Positions 1 to 11,435 of a stretch of 64,000 nucleotides of DNA are shown here, piece after piece. Positions within the stretch are counted from its first letter, which is position 1, and the number at the start of each line of letters is the position of its first letter. The notes below the pieces were generated by a model, which saw nothing but the letters and a program-made list of their open reading frames with translations, was not told where the DNA came from and searched no databases. Source of the stretch: Octopus sinensis (Eukaryota); NCBI RefSeq assembly GCF_006345805.1, contig NC_042997.1, forward strand, positions 104,470,001 to 104,534,000, read 5' to 3'. The translations under genes were made by a program, and so were the position numbers.

Positions 1-213
1 TTCTCACATACATATTGAATCCTCAATTGACTCTAAGGCTTTTTCGTAAAGTTGCTCCTTTACAGCGATTGTGAACGGGGTTCTCCAACCCACATTGTAT
101 CAGATTCAGATTAACGTTGGCTTTATTTATATCTTGGTTATATACATAAATGTGTTCTTCGAGAGTACTTTGAATCACACATTTTCAGACAGTTCATATG
201 TGTGATATATATA

Positions 214-253
<40 letters not shown>

Positions 254-321
254 GTATGTATATATGTATATATATGAATATATGCACATATATGTATATA
301 TATGAAAAATATATATATATA

Positions 322-486
322 TTATTCCGTTTGTATTCACATTTCAATGATACCTTACTTTCAAAGCATTTTTCCCATCATGCGCCGGTTTGACTATTTA
401 TAAAGGTACCCCCCAAAAAACGCGTATCTCGGGAACCCATGGTCTGATTTATGCGATACTAATTTTATTCCGTTTGCATTCACATT
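322..486. repeat. Degenerate interspersed repeat with a 22-bp direct repeat (possibly a non-autonomous Helitron-like remnant)
   Basis: TTATTCCGTTTGYATTCACATT occurs at 322-343 and 465-486 (1 mismatch). The intervening gcgtatctcgggaacccatggtctgattt loosely resembles short Helitron-like repeats; the family assignment is weak. Confidence 0.35.
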
Positions 487-1002
487 CGTTGCTATGTATA
501 GCAATGGATTTCACGTCTCTATATTCACACTTATCTCAAGATCTGACCAAAAATAGTGTTATATGCTCTCATATAACCCACTAATACATTTAAAATGTCA
601 AACTTATACATATTGAAAAATATTTATCATATACACTAGGAACATATATACACCTAACTAAATGTGCATATAAGTTACATACTCTCACGCAAGTCAGACA
701 CGATGCATACATTGACACGCTTATACATATATACAGTACTTAGCTTAGAACGTTTAGCAATAGCTATACAATCATGCATAGTTTGTGATACGCATAATAT
801 TACACGGCTAAAAGCGCAGTGTGCGTGCATGTGTGTGTGTTTCTATGTATTTGTGTGTGTATAAATGAATATATATGTGTGTGTTTGTATCTGCGTGTGC
901 ATGCGTATAGCGCTTGAAAAAACGCACACAAGCAAAATGCGAATCAGTATGCAAACCTAACGCGAACATACATACACGTGCACACAAAGAAGCTATATAT
1001 AT

Positions 1003-1048
<46 letters not shown>

Positions 1049-1549
1049 TGAAGCCCAACACGTTCACACCCACGCAAACAGGAAAACGGATATACACACA
1101 TACACACAAACACTCACAAACACCCACTCACACACTTGCACGCTTACACTTGGTGATAGTAACAATGATATTTGCTATGTCAAAACAACCACCGTATTAA
1201 GCTACTCAAATGTGATCCGAACCACTATTTCCCCGTTCACCCACACCACCACGGTATAGTTCTCCAGAGTAGTGAGCCATCTGCAATGCTGGTATTAATG
1301 TCAGAAGTCGGACGTCAGTATTGCTTTAATAGCTACCGTCGTGTTGGCGATCAGTACAAAGATGAAGCCGGCCGTGTGCAATTATCAATCATTTAGTGAT
1401 CGGATGAGGGTCGGAGAGGGTCATGTGCAAAGGGTCGGGGGTTCGCAGAGAGTAATTGAGGGAAGGAAAGCGGTCCCACAATGTGACAGATTTCGTTGAA
1501 TATACACATGAAGCTATATGTACAAACACGTAAATATATATTTCTGTGC

Positions 1550-1589
<40 letters not shown>

Positions 1590-1781
1590 TGTGTGTGCGA
1601 ATACAGGCACACACACGTATGCATGCATTAAAAGACAGAGAAGCAACTAAACTGAGGGAATGAGATTGGGAAACAGAGGCAGGCGATACCAACAGCGCAG
1701 TAGAATTACTGAAACTGGTTGTTAAACAAGCTTGTTAGATAGTTACAATGCCGGAATTAAGAATATATATATATATAATAT

Positions 1782-1871
<90 letters not shown>

Positions 1872-2222
1872 GTGTACATGTATATGTATTTGTATACAAC
1901 CAAATACACACACAATATATATGCGAATGCACATATTTTTGTGCGTGTGTTCCTGTGTGTGTGTGCGTGTTTGTGTGAATGTGTGCGTGCGTGTGTATAG
2001 AATGAAAAAGATGGAAAGTGACAGTAGATTAAGTGAAAGGAATCGGAGAAGGATACGCAGAGAATGAGAAACGTGTAAGGAAAGAGAAAGAATGGTACGA
2101 GAGTGAAGTGATATAGAAAGTGTGTATGTGAAAGTGCACGAGAAATGAAATTCTTGCCTCAAAAATGATAAACCATAACTCATGTACGTATGTGCAAATA
2201 TAGACATGCATACTCACACATG

Positions 2223-2253
<31 letters not shown>

Positions 2254-2622
2254 GCACTCACACACACAAACTTGCACACACGCGCACACACACATACGCA
2301 TACACGTGTACACATACTCACACGCACACACGCACAAATACACACGCATATGGGGGAAAAAGGGAGGTTAAACGAGGACAATCAGAGAAAGAAACACCTG
2401 AAAAATAAGGATGATTAAGAGAGAAGAATGTATAAGGAGAGAAGGTAAAGGCGCAAATGTGACGGAAACGTGTGTGATATTGCAAAAAACAGAATGCCTC
2501 GTTCCCGAAATAAATAAAACAATGCTTTTATACATGCTCAAATATAACCATGAATATATACATATACACTGACAGACACACTCACGCATACATATTTACT
2601 ATCACATACATTTATATTTGTA

Positions 2623-2710
<88 letters not shown>

Positions 2711-2781
2711 TATGTATATAGTTAGATAAATGAATAAATATTTATATATGTGAATGTATGTATATAGTTAGATATGTTTCT

Positions 2782-2879
<98 letters not shown>

Positions 2880-3144
2880 GATAGATAGATATATAGATAG
2901 ATAGATAGATTATATGATATCAGTTCGCCTCCAATATGATTCAAGTACGTGATGTTATGTTGGTATGCCACAAAAATGGCAAAACCTCGATATCCATCGC
3001 TCCTGGTTAGGTCTTGGGGTAAGTTGTCCCACCTGCCTATGACTTTCAGATGTGTTAACACCTGGCGCTTTGATGGAGTCATCTCTCACGCACCATTTGT
3101 AGCCCACCAGCCAACAAGCAGTGTGCCTACAGCACGTGCGTTCG

Positions 3145-3175
<31 letters not shown>

Positions 3176-3184
3176 TATATATAT

Positions 3185-3372
3185 AATTTTTTTCCTCCGT
3201 CTTCCCTCCTTTGGATCTTTCCTTTTCCTATGTTTCTGACGAAGAGCTCCGTTCGAAACGTTAAGCCCTCCTTCTTTCTTTCTTTTCTGAGCGTCCAATA
3301 ATACTATACTTGTTCTACGTCCTCGCGTTGTTGTGTTTTCTCTTTGTGTTTTCATGTTTGGATTAACTCCCT
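3185..3372 (+). mobile_element. Penelope-like terminal (pLTR) fragment carrying a minimal hammerhead motif
   Basis: Follows a (TA)n tract and contains CTGACGA...GAAACGTT. Short HHR-bearing termini are characteristic of Penelope-like elements. Confidence 0.55.
3232..3266 (+). ncRNA. Minimal type I hammerhead ribozyme motif (HHR-A)
   Basis: Core CTGACGA 3236-3242; stem II GAGC/GTTC with TCC loop; GAAA 3255-3258; loopless palindromic stem III (AACGTT); cleavage triplet GUU; 4-bp stem I GTTT/AAGC. Confidence 0.6.
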
Positions 3373-3660
3373 ATGTGTTAGTTTTTTTAAAAAAAACTAT
3401 TAGCCAAATATGTATAATATCGGTGCTTATTAATATTAATATATACACTGATATATATTTTGTTTTATTTTGTTCTGTTTACCTTCCATTATTGTACCAA
3501 TGAGTATTATATTATATAAGTGTAGCATTATGATGTATAAGTTTTTATATTTTACATTTTTATATTTTTATATTTTTTAATTTTATTTTTATTTTTTTTA
3601 TTTTTATATTTATATGTATATGGTTATATAATATTTTTCACAATTATAACAAATTTAATT

Positions 3661-3778
3661 TAATTCTCTGAAGAGGCCGTGGGGCATCCTTGTTAATGCC
3701 TCATTTATACCTGCCTTTATGGCTTATAGGTTAAATGAGGTATGACTGCCCTCACTGCCGAAACAGCTGTCAGTTTTG
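3661..3778 (+). ncRNA. Type I hammerhead ribozyme motif with 85-nt extended stem II (HHR-B)
   Basis: CTGAAGA 3668-3674; G-C closed stem II 3675-3759; GAAA 3760-3763; palindromic stem III ACAGCTGT; GUC cleavage site ending at 3771. Stem I is weak (2 bp, 2 mismatches, 3 bp). Confidence 0.75.
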
Positions 3779-4137
3779 ATTTAATTACATATTATATTTG
3801 AAATTTTTTACTTATATCTCTTTGTCTTTTTACTATTACTGTATATTTTGTATAATGCCTTTACTCATATGTAATGGTGTATTAAGTATTGATTGAGTAT
3901 CATCGGATAGTTGATGTTTTATTGATTTAAGTATGTTTCTCCATTCTCTAATTTTGTAGTATTAATTTACGGTAATATTATTACCTTTACCCATATAATA
4001 CAATAGATGAACTGATTGTTTGACAATTTTTAACATCTATGTATTAGTCTTGTTGGTACCTATCTGGCAGTATATTGGATATATATTATCCCATGGTGGG
4101 TTGAATTTTCAACCCCTATCTCATTTTATAACCTATA

Positions 4138-4214
<77 letters not shown>

Positions 4215-4217
<3 letters not shown>

Positions 4218-4344
4218 TATTTTATAGAAGGAGCTTCTACAGGACTAGAACTGTTTCATTCAAAAGAAATCATCAGGAGCTTCCTGATGATTTCTTTTGA
4301 ATGAAACAGTTCTAGTCCTGTAGAAGTCCTTCTATAAAATAAAT
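4215..4344. repeat. 130-bp near-perfect palindrome (head-to-head inverted Penelope-like termini)
   Basis: A 45-bp core, CTTCTACAGG...ATCATCAGGA, is the exact reverse complement of the right arm. The arms extend to 4215 and 4344 with only two single-base indels. The centre is AGCT at 4278-4281. Confidence 0.95.
4275..4330 (+). ncRNA. Hammerhead ribozyme motif HHR-C (with an antisense mirror copy at about 4230-4281 on the minus strand)
   Basis: CTGATGA 4284-4290; stem II TTC/GAA with TTTT loop but a U.U closing pair; GAAA 4303-4306; stem III ACAG/CTGT; GUA site ending at 4322; stem I GCTTC/GAAGT. Confidence 0.7.
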
Positions 4345-4409
4345 TAATTTACTCTGCTATGTATTGAGTACCTTATTTACTGTGGTTAACCCCGACTCAA
4401 CCCGGGACC

Positions 4410-4519
<110 letters not shown>

Positions 4520-4545
4520 ATATAATATATATATATATTATATAT

Positions 4546-4583
<38 letters not shown>

Positions 4584-4605
4584 CCACATATGTATATATG
4601 TGTGT

Positions 4606-4853
4606 GGAGGCGCGTGGCTTAGTGGTTAAGGTTTCAGCTTAATGATCGTAAGATTGTAGTTTCCATTCCTGGACCGGGCGACGCGTTGTGTTCTTGAGCA
4701 AAACACTTCATTTCACGTTGCTCCAGTTCACTCAGCTAGCAAAAATGAGTAACGCTACGATGGACTGGCGTCCTGTCCAGCTGGGGAACACATATTCCAT
4801 TGAAACCGGGAAACCGGGCCCATGAACCTGACTAGGCTTTAAAAAGGGCGCAT
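4606..4853 (+). mobile_element. tRNA-derived SINE (head type H1, tail T1)
   Basis: A-box-like TGGCTTAGTGG and degenerate B box; CORE-like ttgtgttcttgagcaaaacacttcatttcacgttgctccag; tail gaaaccgggaaaccgggccc. Confidence 0.85.
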
Positions 4854-5451
4854 ATATATATATATATATACTCACTTACAGATATAGGTGTGTGTGCATG
4901 TGCGAACGTGTGTACACATTATCTATTACACCATTTCACAATTCTCTATGTTAGTGGTAGTGTTCAATGTAATCTACTTATTTATATATCTTTTAAAATA
5001 TCACAGTAAAACAGAGACAATATTCTTTCATTCGAATTTTAAATATTATCTTGGTATTTTTTATGAAATGAAGTAGTTTCTCATGCATTTATCTTTATAT
5101 GAATGCATACGCAGCATAAACATGAGTACATATGAGTACACATTTTTATGCTGTTAAAATCATATTACGTATAACAGAATTTTATCCTGTCCTTGTACTG
5201 AAAAAAAACTGATATATGTTACATATTTTCATAATCTCTTCAATGCCTTGCGATTGTAATTTCATAATTAGCCGCCACCTCTCACGTTTTCTGACACTAA
5301 GGATTTTAAAATAGGTGCTGGGTTATCTAGTAACATTGTTAGTAATCACAAGCGTAAATGTCTAATAGGCAGGTTTAACCTCAATGGTTAGTAATAGATA
5401 TGTTTTTAAATAACTTTTTACTTCTTCTGTGACAAAAACTTCTGTGTAATG

Positions 5452-5921
5452 CAGGGTGTGTCCCCAAAATTGATATAATTTAGAATGTGAATATCTGAGA
5501 AACTACATGTCCTAGGCAAATAAAATTAAATAGGCTTCATGTTGAACAATAGATGTATTTATCGAAACTCGAACAAGAGGTTCAACATGCGCGCCACCTG
5601 TGACACGACGCAGGTCAAGTGCAAGTGGGTAGCATGCCTTGCATATCATTCTCCAGTACCTCAGTGATTTTCTGCTTGAGTTGCTCTAGGCGTGTGGGAA
5701 AAGGGGGCATATAAACCAATCCTTTCACTTAGTCCAGTAGAAGAAAATCGCAAGATGTCACGTCAGGAGAACGTGGTGGCCATTTCAACAGAACATTGCC
5801 ATTATGACTGATCCAAACATAGTTAATGTTTACACACTTTGCTAAACTTTGAGATCGTTTGAGAGAGAATTGGCTTTGTTATTTGATTCAGAAATGATGT
5901 CAATTTTGGAGGGAAACCCTG
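5452..5921 (-). mobile_element. Internally deleted mariner-like element (470 bp) retaining the transposase C-terminus
   Basis: About 29-bp imperfect TIRs starting CAGGGT. The minus strand translates PRSPDVTSCDF...VKGLVYMPPFPTRLEQLKQKITE, resembling the mariner PRSPDLTPCDF motif. Confidence 0.8.
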
Positions 5922-6099
5922 TATATTAGGCCAGTATTTTGCCGTGTTTTTTTTTCAAGACGACTTCACCTATATATTTGCTTATATAGGGTAAATCGCT
6001 GTATATCATAGAACGTTTCACAAAGTATTTTAACACAATTTTTTATACAGTTCCTAATAACGTTTAACTATAAAAATATAACTTTTTAGACATCGATTT

Positions 6100-6172
6100 C
6101 ATTGGAGGTTTCATCTGAATAACATAAGATTTAATGTGGTCCATAGGTAAAAATGGTTGAGAAACTCTGCTA
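6100..6172 (-). mobile_element. Possible hAT-type MITE terminus
   Basis: The minus strand reads cagagtttctcaaccatttttacctatggacc, similar to CAGTGGTTCTCAACC-type hAT termini. Confidence 0.4.
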
Positions 6173-7195
6173 CGGAGTATGTAGTGGTTTTCACATCTAG
6201 ACGTTTTACGTACATAAGTCATTCTTTTTATGCTATCAGTATTTTGTTGCGACTTCCTGTTCCTAGATTGCAAAATTATACTCTTCAGTGTGCGAAGAAT
6301 ATACCATTTCTTAGCCCAAGATAGAGTACGCAGGTTATGTTTGTTATTGGCAACATATCAGTACATGACTTCTTATTACAGTAGAGTTCCCTTTTTCAGT
6401 TATATATATATATATATATGTAACACACACACACACACACACACACATACACACACAAACACCTACACACTCACACAAACACCCACACTTGCACACCCAT
6501 ATGCATAAAGTATTCTTTCAGCGGTTTGGGTGTGACCTTATATAACACGTTGTCTTTCTCACCCTCTCTGTCTTCCTCGCTCTCGCTCTGTGTCTGTCTG
6601 TTTGTCTGTCTCTCTCTGTGAATAAAATCATACACATACATATGTGTCATGTTAGCGGTTTCAAAAGAACTCAATACTTAGTTATTGTGTTGAATGAGCA
6701 GTTGTGAGCACATAGAGAAAAATTGACTTTGTGAAAAAGAGGATATTAGACAAAGAGAAGAAAGAAAATGAGTGGTCATGAGAGAGAGAGAGGAGAGAGA
6801 GAGAGCGTGAAGGAGAGAGAGAGAGAGCACGTGAATGAGCGAGAGAGAGAGAGAGAGAGAGAGAAGAGAGAGACGGACAGAAAACAAGAGAGAAAGTGAC
6901 GGGCCTTGGCGTATGTAAACCTGCAAAATGGTGAGAGGGAGTAAGACGAACAGTTATAAGATATACAAGAATCAGTCGAAAGTACCAGAAATATTTTATA
7001 ACTCTTTGGAAACACGCATTCAGACACACAAAACCAGAGACAGACACACACACGCATGCGCACACACATACAAACTCACACAGAAACACACATAATCATA
7101 CGCACACACACACATTCACACGCAAATACGCATGCACACACAAAGAAAAGATAATATATAACGACACACCCAGATGGCTGCATGTGAGCGTGTGT

Positions 7196-7400
7196 ATTAT
7201 GTATGTGCATATGTGTTTGTGTACGTGTGTATGTATGTATGTATGTATTATGTATGTATGTATGTATGTATGTATGTACGTATGTATGTGCATAAGTGTT
7301 TGTGTATGTATGTACGTATGTATGTGCATATGTGTCTGTGTATGTATGTATGTATGCATGTATGTATGTATGTATGTATGCATGTATGTATGTATGTATG

Positions 7401-7441
<41 letters not shown>
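7196..7441. repeat. (TATG)n microsatellite
   Basis: Direct inspection; explains the overlapping MYVC/HTYI ORFs. Confidence 0.95.
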
Positions 7442-7443
<2 letters not shown>

Positions 7444-7605
7444 GTGTGCATGTATCTATCAGTGTGTGCATTTGTTTGCGGTTTTCTGGGTGTGTGTGTG
7501 TAAGTGTGTTTATCTGATTGCTTTGGTATTAGTGTGCGTATGTGAGTCCCAGGGTGTGTCCCTGTGTGTGTCAATGCTTTCTTTGTAGTTTTTGCTTTCA
7601 TTTAT

Positions 7606-7830
7606 TCTTTTACTAGTTTCAGTTTCGCTTGACTGTGGCTATGCTGGAGCACCACCTTACAGGGTTCTTAAGTTGAAGAAATCAACCCTAGGAATTATGC
7701 TTTGTAAATCAAGTACTTACACTATCTGTTCTCTTTTGCCGAACCGTTAAGTTACGGGGATGTAAACACACCAACACCAGTTGTCAAAACCGGTTGTCAA
7801 GCGATGGTCGTAAACAAACAGCGATACAAA
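7606..7830 (-). mobile_element. SINE family C 3' half
   Basis: Matches the reverse complement of the 37560-37765 tail (cttttgccgaaccgttaagttacggggatgtaaacacacc). Confidence 0.8.
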
Positions 7831-7870
7831 GAAACAAACCCAGAACCACTTGACTGGGAAGCAAGCTTGT

Positions 7871-8270
7871 TATTTCTTTATTGCCCCCAAGGGGCTACAC
7901 ACAATAGGGACTAACAAGGACAGACAAACGGATTAAGTCGATTATATCGACCCTAGTCTGTAAGTGGTACTTATTTAATCGACCCCGAAAGGATGAAAGG
8001 CAAAGTCGACCTCGGCGGAATTTGAACTCAGAACGTAGCGGCAGACGAAATACCAATTTCTATTTCTTTACTACCCACAAGGGGCTAAACATAGAGTGGA
8101 CAAACAAGGACAGACAAAGGGATTAAGTCGATTACATCGACCCCAGTGCGTAACTGGTACTTATTTAATCGACCCCGAAAGGCTGAAATTGAACTCAGAA
8201 CGTAACGGTAGATGAAATACCGCTAAGCGTTTCGCCCGGCGTGCTAGCGTTTCTGCCAGCTCGCCGCCTT
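7871..8270 (-). mobile_element. SINE family B with a tandemly duplicated body (dimer)
   Basis: Head ggcggcgagctggcagaaacgctagcacgccgggcg ends at 8270. The body (...tttcatcctttcggggtcgattaaataagtaccag...) is present twice, at 7871-8054 and 8061-8220. Confidence 0.9.
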
Positions 8271-9089
8271 CTTACCACACGGTTACGCGTGTGCCTATGT
8301 GCATCTATTTGTAAATTTGTGCCTATTGAGATTACTCTCATTTCGTCAGTCTGTACTGTACGTTCTGAGTTAAAGAAGAGTAAGGAGGAAAGAAAGAGAG
8401 GAAAATGAGGAGGTGCAAGAGGAGGTTGAGGAGGAGCAGAAGGAGGTTGCGGGAGTGGAGGAGAGAAAGAGGTGAACGAAGACGTTCACCTTCAGAAAGA
8501 AACCTATAATCTACTCGAAAATAAAAACAAAACAAATATTTTGATGCAATGATAATAACATGGTATTCAATAGGAAAAAAGTATTAAAGCAAAAATTCAC
8601 CACTCACACCCTCTTTCTTCTCATACACGTTTCGTCGATGGGCGCGTTCACGTGTGTGTGCGTGTGTTTGTGTGAGTTGTGAACGCGTGTGCTTGTGCAT
8701 TTGTTTGAGTATGTGTGCGTGAATGTTCTTTGTGTTTTGTCAGTGTGGTATGCATAAGAGTGTGGGAGAAAATTCGTGTCTTCGTACGTTTCAAGTGTGC
8801 GTGTGAGCAAGTATTTTAGCAAATTTATGTAAACATGCCCAAATCTATAGATCTTTTGTGTTTTATACAGGTTGTCGTAAGGCAAGGAAATGGAGTAATC
8901 GTGAAAGGGTCGTCGAAAAGACCTTACAGTATATCTTTTCGGCTCTTCGCGTTTCGAATTCCAGTCTCACTAAAATCACCTTCACAATTTATTTTAAAGG
9001 GATCAATAAAGTTACAATAAAGCAAGTGGCGTCGATTCTTCTCTTAGCTCTTCTATCCCTCTTTCCTACTTTCTCTCTTCCGCGCATTC

Positions 9090-9220
9090 TCGAAAGTTAA
9101 AGGCCCAGAAGTGTTTCATCGTGGTACAACAGATTCAGCCTCAGAATTCCGTTAAGAGTACACATGTCTGTGGAATACTCAACCATTTGAACAGAATATT
9201 CCTTCACCGAAACCGACGTA
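9090..9220 (+). mobile_element. Degenerate orphan SINE tail T3
   Basis: ccgttaagagtacacatgtctgtggaatactcaaccatt resembles the tails at 48550-48620 and 59690-59740. Confidence 0.55.
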
Positions 9221-9409
9221 TAATTTAATACCGGTAGTTTCTTTAACTTCAGCTGTTCTCTAATTAAGCAGACTTATGATCAACAAGGACCCCAGCCGTG
9301 ACCATCACGAATATCTTACTGAAATCTAGGACCATATTTTCTGATGCAATAATATATATATGTGTGTATGTGTGTTTGTACATATATATATATAAATAAT
9401 ATATTATAT

Positions 9410-9461
<52 letters not shown>

Positions 9462-9515
9462 ATGTGTATATATATATATATACGTATATATATATACATA
9501 TGCATATATACATAC

Positions 9516-9633
<118 letters not shown>

Positions 9634-10147
9634 ATATATTATATATATATATGTACGTATATACACACACAGCAGACACATATTGAAGACAAAAGCGTGT
9701 ATTGTAATAGATTTGACTAGCCTTTCTAGCAGATCAAACAACTAGTCTCATTGAAGTTTCCTCGATGACTCGTCTTATATAGGTGTTTTATAATGCCATT
9801 TGTTTGGGAGCGAATGGGTTCTTTGTGTTTGTGTTCATGCATGTATGCATTTGCATGCCAACCTGCATATGAGTATTGAGATGTAGTTCATAAGTGGGTG
9901 CATGTGGGCGGCTCAGAAGTGAAACACTCGAATGGATATGATATTAGATTGTAACGCTATATATATTGACTTTTCTTTCAGTGCAAGTGTTTAGTTACTA
10001 TTACTGTAATCACTATTATTGTTGTAGTTTTTCTGCTTGTGGTCGTCGTCGTCATCGTCGTCATCATAATCACCATCATCATCAACATTATCATTATCAA
10101 TATCATTATCATTATTATTTTGTGAGCAGATATGAGCGCCATTTCAT

Positions 10148-10290
10148 TAGCACTTCGCACAGCTGTTTGACGATGCGTCGACGACGGTACGGTACTGGAC
10201 TTTAGTTCGTTCCTGGACGGCTTGCCGCGGTTCTCGGCAGCTGACGTGAGGTTGTGTGAAAGGCCGATAACAGCCGCTGAAATTTAAGAG
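10148..10290 (+). mobile_element. Tx1/L1-like ORF2 fragment (linker preceding RT)
   Basis: Translates HFAQLF... then DFSSFLDGLPRFSAADVRLCERPITAAEI, matching the L1/Tx1 FLxxLPxLS...PITxxEI linker pattern. Confidence 0.65.
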
Positions 10291-10314
10291 GTGAAGAGCA
10301 ATTGCATAAGTCGC

Positions 10315-10730
10315 AGATCGCATCAGTTTGGATGGTCTGCCCTATGAATTCTCTGTATTCATGCCGAAAATATCTAATATATACATGGAATACTTTGAGA
10401 ATTTGGCTTTAGGATCAACACCACTAAAACCAACCTTATGGCTGCGATATAGTAATGACACCTTTATACTCTGGCCTCACCAGGAAGATGTCCAAGTTTT
10501 GTTAGATCATGTGAACTCAATAACACCATCCATACAGTACACAATGGAAAAGGAAAAAGACAATCAGCTAGCATTTCTGAACGTATTAATAACACATACC
10601 AAGTATGGATTCAGGACATCCGTATACTGCAAGCCGACCTTCACTGGACGATACCTCAACATCAATTCCCATCAGTGTAAAGAGAGGGATTGCTCAATGC
10701 CTACAACATCGTGCAAAGAATATAAGTAGC
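10315..10730 (+). pseudogene. Penelope-like reverse transcriptase fragment (decayed)
   Basis: ISNIYMEYFE...LWLRYSNDTFILWPH (degenerate RYVDDTF)...FTMEKE-like QYTMEKEKDNQLAFLNV...VYCKPTFTGRYLN, then VKRGIAQCLQHRAKNIS after a frameshift. Confidence 0.9.
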
Positions 10731-10743
10731 TGTCAAACAAGCT

Positions 10744-10869
10744 TGTCAGAGGTGTGCGTAGAGTGACGAAACCGTTCTGCACTCCTTCGCTCAGTGTCTG
10801 GGCATTGCTGGCTTGTGGGGTTATGCCGAACAGCTGCTGTCACGTGTGGGACGCATCCGTCTGTTGGCG
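10744..10869 (+). mobile_element. Tx1/L1-like C-terminal CCHC zinc-knuckle fragment
   Basis: CQRCA*SDETVLHSFAQC...LWGYAEQLLSRVGRI aligns with CPRCGQSDETALHAIVQC...LWAYVERLLSRVGRV of the 21724-22590 ORF. Confidence 0.85.
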
Positions 10870-11269
10870 CTAATGACACAAACTCTGCATAAGAGAAAAA
10901 AAGAAAAAATAACTAGCAAATTGCTGTTCCCTGCAATAATCTGGAGCGCTTTGGAGAATAGAATATAACGATTCAACAAAGTGAGTTGCACTTCTGAGCA
11001 ACACAACTTTTTCCAGCCACCACTTTTCCGAATGTACTGAAGCAGGTATCTTCACACTGAAATATAGAAATTCAATGTAAAATTGCAACTTTGTTAGGTT
11101 TTCTTTTCAATTTGTTGTTTACATTGTACCTTCCCGTATTAACTCTTTACACAACTACATTCGTTAAATACGGACACACACACACTCACACAAACACACA
11201 CACACATACACACACACACACACACATACACACATACACACGCACACACACTCACACACACACATATTT

Positions 11270-11435
11270 CGACATGTGACATGTGGCACCCGTTGTAACG
11301 ATACAAGTAATGTCGATTTGAAGGAGGGAGTGAACTTATGTCTACACAAGCATTTAATCACTATAAACAAATCATGTGTGCAGTTGTTCGATAAGAAATT
11401 GTTGACCCCTCATACGTCATCTAACGACGGGAGAG
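11270..11435 (+). mobile_element. Orphan SINE tail T5
   Basis: gtaatgtcgatttgaaggagggagtgaacttatg...aacaaatcatgtgtgcagttgttc is shared with 28900-29040 and 59270-59400. Confidence 0.65.

Noticed and set aside
2940-3140. Non-repetitive segment with ORFs, one containing KVIGRWDNLPQDL (faintly like the L2/CR1 C-terminus)
   Set aside because: A single short motif with no supporting upstream RT residues; cannot be assigned.
8871-9020. Acceptor-like ttttatacag followed by two open frames
   Set aside because: No good donor and no recognisable protein similarity.
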